A stretch of 64,000 nucleotides of DNA from Parcubacteria group bacterium (GTDB lineage Bacteria; Patescibacteriota; Minisyncoccia; Phycocordibacterales; DATDWN01). Under the pieces are notes generated by a model. That model was not told where the DNA came from. It saw only the letters and a program-made list of their open reading frames with translations, and made no database searches. Shown piece after piece: positions 42,108 through 52,900 of the stretch (position 1 is the stretch's first letter; each line of letters opens with the position of its first letter). The position numbers were made by a program, and so were the translations under genes. The DNA lies in contig DAORIV010000003.1 in the NCBI GenBank assembly GCA_035438705.1, positions 4,699-68,698 of the forward strand. Reading direction: 5' to 3'.

Positions 42108-42608
42108 TTATGCTACAGCTAGGTCTTCCTCCACCTTATCCTCTACCACCTCTTCTTTTACTTCCTCAACAAAGTCATCACTCATTTCGTCTAGTTTCTT
42201 TGGCTTATCTTCAGATTTTAACTTCATTTTACCATTCAAAAGTGTGTTCTCTTTTACAGTCTTGATTAACAAGTATCTCAAAACATCTACATTGTTATCA
42301 AGGAATTTTTTTACTGAATCTATATTTTCACTAGATAATTGAAACTTAATCCATCCAAAATAACCCTTATCAGCCTTAAATCTTGATGTTTGTACAACTT
42401 TTACCATTTCATATGCTAGATCAATAAGAACTGGATCCTCTGAAGATATAACTTCACCTTGCACAGAAGTCACTGCATTTTTTATAGCTGAAACCTTCTC
42501 AGGAACTTGCTCTTGAGAAAGTGTTGGTAGGAGTAGATAAGACACCTCGTACACAGTTGAGTTGCCTTCTTTTGCACTTTTTACTTCGTCATTTAATTCT
42601 TTTTCCAT
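42108..42608 (-). CDS. rpsF: 30S ribosomal protein bS6 with an acidic tail
   Basis: YEVSYLL, LAYEM, VLRYLLIK; rpsF-ssb-rpsR synteny. Confidence 0.88.
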   Translation of the reverse strand: MEKELNDEVKSAKEGNSTVYEVSYLLLPTLSQEQVPEKVSAIKNAVTSVQGEVISSEDPVLIDLAYEMVKVVQTSRFKADKGYFGWIKFQLSSENIDSVKKFLDNNVDVLRYLLIKTVKENTLLNGKMKLKSEDKPKKLDEMSDDFVEEVKEEVVEDKVEEDLAVA

Positions 42609-42621
42609 GAAGTAGAGACTA

Positions 42622-43464
42622 TCATAATAAACCAAAAGAGGCAAGGGATTCTTTAATTTTTGGGAAACGTTTTAAAACATTGTCAAATAAGGCTTTTTTC
42701 ATATTTTCTTCACTTTCCCCCTTAATTTCAGCCATTTTTTTAACAATATCCGGTATATACATTGGTGAATTTCTTTTACCCCTGTGTGGTACTGGAGCAA
42801 CAAATGGAGCGTCTGTCTCGACCATTATCATGTCTATTGGAGTTGATTTTATTAACTCATTATAATCATTTGTAAAAGTAATGACACCTGTAAATGATAC
42901 AGTAAAACCTATATCTAAAAACCTCTTAAGAATATTTAAATCCCCAGCAAAGAAATGAGCGTTTCCTTTTAGTTTACCGCCTGAAGTTTTTTGATGATGC
43001 TCAAGAATAGTCAATGCATCTAAGTATGCATCCTGTGTCCCCTTACTGCTTCTTATGTGTAGCATAAGTGGTTTGTCTACTGTAAGTGCCAGATCTACAT
43101 GATACTCAAAAATAGTCTTCTGAATCATTTTTATTTTTAATACATCCTCTTCATTTTCTGGCAACCTGAAATAATCAAGCCCACACTCACCTATTGCAAC
43201 CACTTTTTCTTCCAGTGCCAATTTTGTTAAGTGTTCATCAAAAACAGAGTCTACAGTTAAATCCCCAGGATGCTGTCCAATACATGCAAATAGATTTTTA
43301 TGCTCATTAGCAAGTCTCACACACTCCCTAGATGTTTTGATGTCTGTCCCAATATTTATCACCGCAATACCTGCTTTTTTAGTTCTTTCTATCTCTTCAT
43401 TTCGATCTTCATCAAAATCAGGAAAGTATAAGTGTGAGTGTATATCAAAATATTCAATCTTCAT
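42622..43464 (-). CDS. tatD: TatD family DNase
   Basis: DIHSHL, AIGECGLDY, ETDAPF. Confidence 0.93.
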   Translation of the reverse strand: MKIEYFDIHSHLYFPDFDEDRNEEIERTKKAGIAVINIGTDIKTSRECVRLANEHKNLFACIGQHPGDLTVDSVFDEHLTKLALEEKVVAIGECGLDYFRLPENEEDVLKIKMIQKTIFEYHVDLALTVDKPLMLHIRSSKGTQDAYLDALTILEHHQKTSGGKLKGNAHFFAGDLNILKRFLDIGFTVSFTGVITFTNDYNELIKSTPIDMIMVETDAPFVAPVPHRGKRNSPMYIPDIVKKMAEIKGESEENMKKALFDNVLKRFPKIKESLASFGLL

Positions 43465-43465
43465 T

Positions 43466-44899
43466 TTAATCTTTGCGCAAAAATAATGGAGCCTCTGGTT
43501 TTTTGTTATCTAAAAGAAGTTGTTTTATATTCTTATGAGTATCGTACATAATTGGTTCTAATAGTTCGGCGATCTCATGTAGTTTTCTAACCATTTCCAA
43601 AATAAGCTCTTTACCTTTTTGTTCATCCGTTTTTACAACCTTAAATGGTTCAGTATTTTGTATAAACAAATCCAATTCTCCTATTTTCTTCCAAACAAAC
43701 TCTACTGCCATACTAATGTTGTATGTTTCCAATATTGCAAAATATTCTTCAAATTTAGTCTTTTCAAAACTAATCTCATTTTTATCTAAGTATTTCTCAG
43801 AAAGTGTTAATATTCTACTAGTTAAATTTCCTAATCCATTTGCCAAATCAGCATTATATAACTCTTTAAGTCTAGGCATAGTTATATCACTGTCTTCAAA
43901 CGGATGTACGTGTCTTAATAAAAGATATCTAACAGAATCTGAACCAAATTCATTAACAAGATCGAAAGGACTAATTACATTTCCCAAAGATTTACTCATC
44001 TTTTGTCCTCCAGAGTTAATGAATCCATGATAAACAACCCTATCAGTATTTTTAATATCTGCTGACATTAACATTGCCTGCCACATAATTGATTGAAATC
44101 TAACCTGGTCTTTTCCTGCAAGTTGGACTACTTCACCTTCTGTCCAATATTTCTTAAAGTTTCCACCCTCTTCTGGCCAATCCAAAGTTGAAATATAGTT
44201 AGTTAGTGCATCAAACCAAACATACATAACCTGATTTTGATCTCCAGGCACAGGTATGCCCCATGAAAGTCTTTCTTTCTCACGTGAAATACTAAAATCC
44301 TCAAGTCCAGCTTTTACAAAATTTATAGCCTCAACTGCTCTCCACTCTGGTAGTACAGAATTTTCCCTTTGCAAATACTCCAATAATTTATCCTCGTAAT
44401 TACTCAATTTGAAGAAATAATTTTCTTCTTCAATATTTTTTATTTCTAAATGGGGGTGTATAAAACATTTTCCATCTTCATTTAAATCCTTTGGTGTTTT
44501 AAATGATTCACAACCAACACAATATTTACCTGTATATGATTTTTTATAAATATCACCCTTAGATTCACATCTCTTCCATATTTCTTGAGCGGCCTTAATG
44601 TGTTTTTCATCTGTAGTTCTAATGAACACATCGTTAGATAGATTCAGAAGCTCTTTTAGTTTTTGAAATTCAGAAGAAAAATGGTCAGTATACTCTTTAA
44701 CATCTCTACCTTCTTTTTGACTTGCTTCCCATATTTTCTGACCGTGCTCATCGGTGCCTGTAGTGAAAAAAACATTATCGCCCCTTAGTCTTTTGTAACG
44801 TGCCACAACATCTGCATTTATGATTTCTGTAGCAAAACCAATATGTGGGTCAGAGTTCACATATGGAAGAGTTGTTGTAATATAAAAATTTTTAGACAT
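43466..44899 (-). CDS. metG: Methionyl-tRNA synthetase (short form)
   Basis: PHIGF, GTDEHGQK, YVWFDAL, KMSKS. Confidence 0.97.
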   Translation of the reverse strand: MSKNFYITTTLPYVNSDPHIGFATEIINADVVARYKRLRGDNVFFTTGTDEHGQKIWEASQKEGRDVKEYTDHFSSEFQKLKELLNLSNDVFIRTTDEKHIKAAQEIWKRCESKGDIYKKSYTGKYCVGCESFKTPKDLNEDGKCFIHPHLEIKNIEEENYFFKLSNYEDKLLEYLQRENSVLPEWRAVEAINFVKAGLEDFSISREKERLSWGIPVPGDQNQVMYVWFDALTNYISTLDWPEEGGNFKKYWTEGEVVQLAGKDQVRFQSIMWQAMLMSADIKNTDRVVYHGFINSGGQKMSKSLGNVISPFDLVNEFGSDSVRYLLLRHVHPFEDSDITMPRLKELYNADLANGLGNLTSRILTLSEKYLDKNEISFEKTKFEEYFAILETYNISMAVEFVWKKIGELDLFIQNTEPFKVVKTDEQKGKELILEMVRKLHEIAELLEPIMYDTHKNIKQLLLDNKKPEAPLFLRKD

Positions 44900-44930
44900 C
44901 TGGGTATTTTAAAACTGTAAGACAGAAAAA

Positions 44931-45998
44931 CTACTGTGAATTCATCATCCTTTCTATAGCCTCGATTTTATCTTTCTCAAAATCATTGAAAAACTCAATA
45001 ACAGCAGAAGCTATAGGGACAGATAGTATCATACCTATAAATCCTGCCAATTCCCACCCTGCAGTAAGTGCCAATATTGAAACCACTGGAGAAACCCCAA
45101 TAACCTTTTTAACAACTAAAGGATAAATCAACTGGTTCTCAAACTGGTGAATAATAATATACAACCCAATAACCACTAATGCCAAAGGCATACCTCCTGT
45201 AACAAATGCAATCATTATTGCTGGTATTGAAGCAAGTATGGGGCCAAAAAGAGGAATAATTTCCAAAATAGCAGCGAGTGTTGCTAAAAGTAGTGCGTTA
45301 GGAACTCCAATAATTAGAAGCCCTAAATATACCAACATTCCAATAATAACAGCCAGTACCAATTGCCCCTGCATCCACAAACCGATTTTCTTCTGAGATC
45401 TTTTCCACAACTCAACAACATATCTTTCGTGCTTTAGTGTTGTTATGGCTTTTAGAAACTTTCCAACTCCATCTTCTTCCACCGCAAGATAAAAAGAAAG
45501 AATAATTGTAAGTAAAAATGATAACAAACCTCCGAAAAATGTTGTTATACTTCCCAATGTATTTGAAGCAATAGAAGAAGTGATAGTATTGATTTGAATA
45601 ATTAGTTTCTCAAGATCAAAACTGTCTGTTAACTCTGCCACAAAAGGCTGTGAAGTAAAAAAACTACTATTTATTATTGTGCTTGGACTAAAGTATAAAG
45701 AAGAATTCGCTAGAAAATCAGATGACTCTCCTAGAAGTGGGACGAGTAAGAAAAAAACTGCGCCAACCATAAATAGAGCTAAACAAAGATATATCAGAAT
45801 AACTCCAAATAGTCTTGGTACACCTCTTCTCAAAAACCACTGTGTTCCAGGCTCAACGGCGGAAGCAATAACAATAGAAAGCAAAACCACAAGAATTAAA
45901 TCTTTTAGTAAATATGCTACATAAAACAAAATTATTACAACAATTGCCTTTGCTATAGTACCAACACTTATATTTATAGTGTTTTCTTTTAGATTCAT
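44931..45998 (-). CDS. AI-2E (PerM) family transporter
   Basis: LEIIPLFGP; HQFENQLIYPLV; multi-pass membrane protein. Confidence 0.88.
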   Translation of the reverse strand: MNLKENTINISVGTIAKAIVVIILFYVAYLLKDLILVVLLSIVIASAVEPGTQWFLRRGVPRLFGVILIYLCLALFMVGAVFFLLVPLLGESSDFLANSSLYFSPSTIINSSFFTSQPFVAELTDSFDLEKLIIQINTITSSIASNTLGSITTFFGGLLSFLLTIILSFYLAVEEDGVGKFLKAITTLKHERYVVELWKRSQKKIGLWMQGQLVLAVIIGMLVYLGLLIIGVPNALLLATLAAILEIIPLFGPILASIPAIMIAFVTGGMPLALVVIGLYIIIHQFENQLIYPLVVKKVIGVSPVVSILALTAGWELAGFIGMILSVPIASAVIEFFNDFEKDKIEAIERMMNSQ

Positions 45999-46035
45999 AA
46001 CTAAATATTACCACTCAAAAAAATATTTGTACAAA

Positions 46036-47361
46036 TTATGAGTTAAGTTCTGCTTTCACAAAACTAATTAGATCTAAAACTGACATTCTTTTTTGCTCTC
46101 CAGTATCTCTATCTCTTACAGTAACCCCTGCATCCTTTTCAATAGTTTCAAAATCAACAGTTACACACCAAGGAGTTCCTATTTCATCCTGTCTCCTGTA
46201 TCTCTTTCCAATATTTCCATTGTCATCAAACATAACCGCACCAAATTCTTTTTTAAGCTGTTTGAATACTTCTCTAGCTTTATCTACAAGCTCTGGTTTG
46301 TTTTTAAGTAGTGGAAACACTGCAATTTTAACTGGAGCTATTTTAGGTTTGAATGATAAATAAACTCTTGTATCTTCTCCATTTTCCTCCTCTCTATATG
46401 CATCACACAATACAGCAAGTATAGTTCTATCTAATCCCAGTGATGGTTCAATTACGTGAGGAGTATATCGTTCCTTATTTTCTTCATCAAAATAAGACAG
46501 ATCAACATTAGAACCAGCTGAGTGGCTTTTTAAATCAAAATCAGTTCTATATGCCAAGCCATATAACTCTTTTCTGCCGAATGGATAATCGAACTCAAAA
46601 TCTATTGTTCTCTTAGAATAGTGTGCTAAATCTGATTCAGAAACTTCAAGTTCGTGTACATGATTCATATCCAATCCTATTTCATTACACCAATTAAGCA
46701 TTGTTTTTCTCCATTCTCCAAAAGCACTCTCCCATTCAGTTGGCTTAACAAAATATTCAACTTCCATTTGTCTAAACTCTCTCGATCTAAAAACAAAATC
46801 TCTCGGAGCAATTTCATTCCGAAATGCCTTACCAATTTGTGCCATACCGAAAGGAATTTTTGGGTGTATTGAGTCTTGAATATTTTTATAATTTACAAAC
46901 ATACCCCCAGCAGTTTCTGGACGAAGATAAGTTACTGAAGACTCATCTTCTGAAGCTCCGATGTTAGTTTTAAACATCATATTAAATTGTTTTGGACTAC
47001 TTAATTTTCCACCACAATCAGGGCACTTATTTTTATCTTCTAATTGATCTTCTCTGAATCGATGTCCGCACTTTTCACAAATTACTAATGGATCGGAGAA
47101 ACCTGAAACATGACCTGATGCTTCCCATACTTTTGGGTTCATTATTATTGCAGCATCAACTCCATACATATCTTCTCTATCAGATACAAACATCTTCCAC
47201 CACAGATTTTTCAAGTTATTAGATAACTCTGCTCCATAAGGACCGTAATCCCAAGTACCTGCAAGTCCCCCATAGATTTCAGAGCCTTGAAAAACAAAAC
47301 CTCTTCTTTTACAAAGAGACACTATTTTCTCCATTAAGTTGTCATTTTTTGAACTTTCCAT
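46036..47361 (-). CDS. glyQS: Glycyl-tRNA synthetase (alpha2 type)
   Basis: YLRPETA, FRNEIAPR, VIEPSLG, IGKRYRRQDEIGTP. Confidence 0.96.
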   Translation of the reverse strand: MESSKNDNLMEKIVSLCKRRGFVFQGSEIYGGLAGTWDYGPYGAELSNNLKNLWWKMFVSDREDMYGVDAAIIMNPKVWEASGHVSGFSDPLVICEKCGHRFREDQLEDKNKCPDCGGKLSSPKQFNMMFKTNIGASEDESSVTYLRPETAGGMFVNYKNIQDSIHPKIPFGMAQIGKAFRNEIAPRDFVFRSREFRQMEVEYFVKPTEWESAFGEWRKTMLNWCNEIGLDMNHVHELEVSESDLAHYSKRTIDFEFDYPFGRKELYGLAYRTDFDLKSHSAGSNVDLSYFDEENKERYTPHVIEPSLGLDRTILAVLCDAYREEENGEDTRVYLSFKPKIAPVKIAVFPLLKNKPELVDKAREVFKQLKKEFGAVMFDDNGNIGKRYRRQDEIGTPWCVTVDFETIEKDAGVTVRDRDTGEQKRMSVLDLISFVKAELNS

Positions 47362-47404
47362 ATTTAACCTATACTAACCTATCTATGAGTTAGATTCAAA
47401 CAAA

Positions 47405-49300
47405 TTAATTCGCAACAATATCACCCCCAGCAGGCATACCATCCTCAAATTTTGTATTTGTTTGAGAAGCAAATGTCTTTAATTCTGCCCCAGTGTGAGA
47501 ATCTATTGATGTAAGATTTGAAGAAAGTAATAAATTTGGCACAGTAGAAACCTGATTAAGACTTGGGACAATTCCTAGTTTAAAATACACCTGCTTAGCT
47601 GAAGAAGTAAAACCAGATCCAGCAGATACATTTCCTATATCCCAAGTTACAACCCTAGTATCTGGATCAAAGGTAATTTTTTCACTACTTGGAGAAGTTT
47701 CACCTTTCCACGACACACCTTGTGGCAAAACTGCCCTAACACTGGTACCTCTAAGGTCACTTGTAGTATTAGTCAAAGTCCAACTTATTGTATATGTAGT
47801 TTCCATATCGGCCTTTGGAGGTATTGGCCCAGAATTTGAAAATGGTCCTGTACTTCTAAGAGACTTACTCGTAAGATTCGCAACTGATGATATTTTTATT
47901 GTAACGTCCTCTGTTGAAGAAACTTTTCCACCGTCTCTACCTACCCTTTCCCCTGATATAACTATTTTAAGATCTATATATGGATTTTTAATTAACTTTG
48001 GTTGGACCAAATTAGAAATAGAAGCAACAGAAAATGAAACCCTGCCTGAATCTCCAGGTGACATATCCCCAAGATTACTTGTTGTATTTTTATCCCAAAC
48101 TATTTTATCCTCTACTGATCGATAAAATCCCTGATCTGCCACAGTTACCCTTGATCTATCTAGTGCATTTCCAGAAAGCTTTACTTCGATTGTACTATCT
48201 ACAATCTTATCCGGAAGAGTGTTTTGCCAACTTATGGAAGTACCATTTGTTGCCCCGGGGTTTGCTACTCCATTGTTGTAAGAATCAACTTCTAGATCAA
48301 AGAAGGACTTTCTAATTCCCATAGTTATCAAATTAGAAACAAGCGGAGTATCAAAATCAAAAACCCCACCAGACTTTGTTCCAGCGGATATTCTAAAAGA
48401 TCTATCTTCAAGGTTTTGACCGATCAAAACTCCATTTATACTGATTATTTTTTTGTCTCCATTTTTTAAGTCTCCTATACTCCAAACTGAATCGTCTCTA
48501 ACTGGTTTAATGTTTGATCCTTTGTAGGTAAATCCGTATGGGTATTCAATCTTCACTATTGCATCTTTTATTGGAACAGATGAATTTGAGGTTACGGAAA
48601 CATCTATTGTTATATTCTGTCCTGAATTTACTTCCTTTGGATAATCAAGTTCTAATATTATCGGCGAAGAACCAATTAAAACTTCATAGGTTTTTTCTTT
48701 TGAAAAGGTAGCATTAGAACCTGTTACCTTATATTCGATTCTGAAAGAAAAAGTTTTAACAGTATCTTTCTCTCCAAACAAAACCACTCTCAAACTATGA
48801 TCTTTTATTTGACCATTTTCAATCACTCCCAATGCGACTTCTTCATGTGAAATAGGTTTGTTTTCTTCAAGTACCGACTCTGTTCCATCTGGATAATCTA
48901 TAAACAAAGTTGCGTCTTCTAGTGTGGTTCTATTACCATTTTTAATAGAAAGTCCTATAGATAACTCTTCTCCAGAAGAAACGGAAGTTGGAGCAATTAT
49001 GTCCATTGTTATGTTATTTGAAGAAATTGTATTCAATCCCCCAAGGAATATAAAAGCAGCCACCCCAACTGATACCAAAAAGAATACAACTGAACCAAAA
49101 AAATACTTATTAAAAAATGCATTATTCCTCTTTATTATCACTTCAGGGGGTAAATCATAGTTTGGTTTACTGCCCCAATCAGTCGGAACATCGTACTCTT
49201 TCGGAGCAACAGGAGTCCTTTTTTCTTTTGGAATTATATCTTCGTTTCTTGAATAAAGAGTTCTTTTTAGTCTTTCTATACTACTTTCTTCTGGATTCAT
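47405..49300 (-). CDS. Membrane-anchored multi-Ig-like (DUF11-like) hypothetical protein
   Basis: Single TM helix; repeated beta modules ending WSIGDL / WDIGNV. Confidence 0.65.
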   Translation of the reverse strand: MNPEESSIERLKRTLYSRNEDIIPKEKRTPVAPKEYDVPTDWGSKPNYDLPPEVIIKRNNAFFNKYFFGSVVFFLVSVGVAAFIFLGGLNTISSNNITMDIIAPTSVSSGEELSIGLSIKNGNRTTLEDATLFIDYPDGTESVLEENKPISHEEVALGVIENGQIKDHSLRVVLFGEKDTVKTFSFRIEYKVTGSNATFSKEKTYEVLIGSSPIILELDYPKEVNSGQNITIDVSVTSNSSVPIKDAIVKIEYPYGFTYKGSNIKPVRDDSVWSIGDLKNGDKKIISINGVLIGQNLEDRSFRISAGTKSGGVFDFDTPLVSNLITMGIRKSFFDLEVDSYNNGVANPGATNGTSISWQNTLPDKIVDSTIEVKLSGNALDRSRVTVADQGFYRSVEDKIVWDKNTTSNLGDMSPGDSGRVSFSVASISNLVQPKLIKNPYIDLKIVISGERVGRDGGKVSSTEDVTIKISSVANLTSKSLRSTGPFSNSGPIPPKADMETTYTISWTLTNTTSDLRGTSVRAVLPQGVSWKGETSPSSEKITFDPDTRVVTWDIGNVSAGSGFTSSAKQVYFKLGIVPSLNQVSTVPNLLLSSNLTSIDSHTGAELKTFASQTNTKFEDGMPAGGDIVAN

Positions 49301-49335
49301 ATTGGTATTAATTATAACACTATTTATTTTCAAAT

Positions 49336-49920
49336 CTACAATTGACTCTCCTTCAAAGCTTTATTTATCACGGAGACTATTTTTGTTTTCTCACTATCTA
49401 TTTTTTCTAATAGAGAATAATCCCACAAACACGCTTCGTCAAAAAATATTTCTGTATTTTCATCTTTTGCAATATATCCTAGTCTATTTAATATTCTTAA
49501 AACCATAAGAATCTCAAACTCTGTTGTATTGTCTTCTTGAAGTTTTTTAAGATAATTAAAACCGGAAGATACCACTTCAAATGTTTTACTATCTGGAGAT
49601 TCCCCCACTATCATTTTAAGCAACATCTTAAATACTTGAGCCACCACCTTGTGAGTATATTTAGGTAAATCAAAAAATAAAGATGATTGGTATGTTGCAT
49701 TGGTAACTTTCCAACCTCCTTTTCCCTTTACACAAGAAATGATCACAAAAGAACCTTCCTGCAAAGCCGTTCGGAGTTTTGAAACGGACAACCTCGCTGA
49801 TCTGGCACTTGCAATTATTAACCCGAGATCTTTTGTGAATATGTGCAACAGAATATTCGCCTCACCAAACGGTGTTCGTTTTAAAATAATACCTTCTGTG
49901 GTGTAAACATGATAAGACAT
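49336..49920 (-). CDS. recO: DNA repair protein RecO (short)
   Basis: TEGIILKR..FGEAN...FTKDLGLI...SKLR. Confidence 0.85.
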   Translation of the reverse strand: MSYHVYTTEGIILKRTPFGEANILLHIFTKDLGLIIASARSARLSVSKLRTALQEGSFVIISCVKGKGGWKVTNATYQSSLFFDLPKYTHKVVAQVFKMLLKMIVGESPDSKTFEVVSSGFNYLKKLQEDNTTEFEILMVLRILNRLGYIAKDENTEIFFDEACLWDYSLLEKIDSEKTKIVSVINKALKESQL

Positions 49921-49921
49921 T

Positions 49922-52900
49922 TTATCTCAGAATAGAGAAAGTGGTCTCTCCACCAATATCTGGAACGTTATACTTCTGTTTTTCTTCTGTATAAGAAATA
50001 TCATTAACTCCAGTTGGAGATTTAATCATTTCCAGGTGTTTATATATAATTCCCTGCTTGTCTGTACAAAAAACAATGTTTACTACATCACTAGGATTTA
50101 ATTTTTCTGTTTTCCTTGCATCTTGAATAGCTCGAATAATATCTCTAGCAACACCTTCTTCTATAAGTTCTGGGGTTAAGTTGGTATCAAGTTTCACCTC
50201 ATCACCAACCACTACCTCTTTTACATTAACCTCATCAGCTATGATACTTAGTAACTCCTCTGAAAAACTTTCCTTTATTATAAGTGTGTTTAATGGCTGT
50301 CTTACCTTGTGGCCAGACTTTTGTCTAAGCTCCAAAGCCAAAGTAACATTCTCTCTAACCTTACTCATACTATCTATCAAAGAAGAATCAGTATCTCCGC
50401 CATTTGGCCAGAAGTCTAAATGCACACTTTCTTTTGATTCTGGATTCTTCATTTTTTGGTACACTTCTTCCGCAAAGAAAGGTGTAAATGGTGCCATATA
50501 TTTTGAAAGTTCGATTAGTACAAAGGCTGTTGTTGCCAGTGCTTCATTTCTTTCTTCAGCATTCTCAGATTTAAATCTATCTCTTGAGCGTCTTACATAC
50601 CAAGTAGAAAAATCGTTTACAAAATCCCTTATTGGCCTAGCAGATTCAAAAACTTGAAACTTCTCTAATGTTTTTGTTCCACCCTCAACCAACTCGTTTA
50701 GTCGTGACAAAATCCATTTATCCAAAACATTTTGACTTTTGTTATGTGGTAGTGTTTTGTCATCTTTGTACAACTCATAGAATGCAACAATGTTTAGAAG
50801 TGGGTTGAAAACTTTTTTAACTATTTCATCGACAGTTTTCTCATCAAAGTTTTTTGAATCCCCTGGCTGGTTAACCATATACATCCAAAGTCGTAGTGCA
50901 TCTACTCCGTATTTATTCATAAGCTCCCAAGGATCAAGAATGTTTCCAACAGACTTAGACATTTTCTTTCCGTCTTTATCTAGAATATGCCCAAGACAAA
51001 TTACATTCTTAAATGCCCTACCCTTACCCATAAGTATTCCTATTGCATGTAATGTATAGAACCATCCACGAGTCTGATCTATTGCTTCAGAAATAAAGTC
51101 TGCTGGGTATGCAAGCTCATTTTTATTCCAAGGGAAATGATCTTGTGCAAAAGGCATCGAGCCAGAGTCAAACCAAACGTCCATAACTTCCCTAACCCTT
51201 TTAAGTGAGCTTCCTTTTTCATCAACAAGCTCAACACCATCTATATATGGCTTATGCAGATCAACTTCATATTCTGAATTGTGTGGTAGTGGAATAAAAG
51301 AAATTTCGTGAACTTCTGCATTTCTTATAAACTCTTCTTTATCCTTTCCAAATAATGACGTTTCTACTCTGTTGTATCCTCTACTTGCAGATTCCAAAGC
51401 CCAAGCTGTGTGTTCGTGGGTCACAAAAAGTATCACTTCATTTGTATTTGTTTTATCTACATCATACAAAAGGTTTCCTGTTCTATTTTTAACATCAGAC
51501 AAATTTTCACCCTGCTCAGGCCTAATATCAAAAATATCCTCATCAGTTTTTATTAACTTATGATACTCATCTACCGACTGTCCTGACATAACCCCCAAGT
51601 CATGTTCTCCAAGTCTATCATCGAAAGTGAGTTTATCCTCTGTTAGCCCAAGTACTTCTCTTATTATTTCTGCAGTTTCTGTAGTGCGCACAAAAGGAGA
51701 AGAGATTATTTTTGTAATACCTTTTTCTTTCAAAACTTTTGCCGACTCTTCTACTTGTTTCCTGCCTTTTTCAGTAAGGTGAAAATTGTCTTCTTTTTTA
51801 CAACTCAAAATATTTGCAACATTATGTTCACCTTCACCGTGTCGAACTAGGAAATATTTATTTCCATTAGTTTTTATATATTTCTTTAAATCATCCAAAC
51901 CTCCTATTACTTTTATATTTCCTTCAGAATCTTGCCAAACTGGGAGTGGAGTTCCCCAATATCTCTCCCGAGAAATAGCCCAATCTTTTATTTCTCGAAG
52001 CCACTCTCCAAAACGTCCTTCTTTTATGTGTGAAGGTTCCCAGACTATGTTTTCATTCTCTTTCACAAGTTCTTCACGAAGTTTTGACATAGCGATATAC
52101 CATGAATCCCTTGCATAATAGATAAGTGGAGTTTTACATCTCCAGCAGTGTGGATATGAGTGCTCGTATTTTTCTTTCTTAAATAGCAATCCTCTGTGAG
52201 CCAAATCTTTTATTATATCTACTGCGACTTCTTCATCTTTAACAAATCTGTTAGACAAAAAATCCATACCATCTAGAAAATTCCCATCATCTTTAACTAA
52301 GTGAAACTTAGGGAGACCGATTTGTGTTCCCAAAATAAAATCATCTTGTCCGTACATTACTGCTGTATGAACAATTCCTGTTCCATCGGTTGTGGTTACA
52401 AAATCTGCAGAGTAAACCTTATACGCTTTTGCAAACGATTCTTTGTCTTTCTCCTCAAACTTCTGCACGAGGAATGGATACAGTGGTTCATACTCCATTC
52501 CAACCATTTCACTACCCTTATGTTCGGCAATAATCTCATATTCACCCTGTATCACTGAAAGTCTTTCTTTTGCTAAAACTAAAATCTCGCTGCCATTTTC
52601 TGTAGCGATTTTTACTTCTACATATACCACATCCTTTCCAACAGCAAGACCTACATTTCCTGGAAGTGTCCAAGGTGTAGTTGTCCACGCAAGAAAATAT
52701 CCATTTTCAGTTCCTCTTATTTTAAACTTTGCAGTTACAGAAAGATCTTTATCATCTTGATAACCTTGTGCTAGTTCATGTGATGACAATGCTGTTCCAC
52801 AACGTGGACACCAAGGTAGGACTTTGTAGTCTTTATATAACAACCCTCTATCATTTACAGTTTTTACAATATTCCAAACAGACTCTATATAGCTTGTATC

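Noticed and set aside
27186-43464. Genetic code 25 (UGA=Gly) as in Gracilibacteria/Absconditabacteria
   Set aside because: Conserved genes translate full length under code 11, and ftsK ends at TGA.
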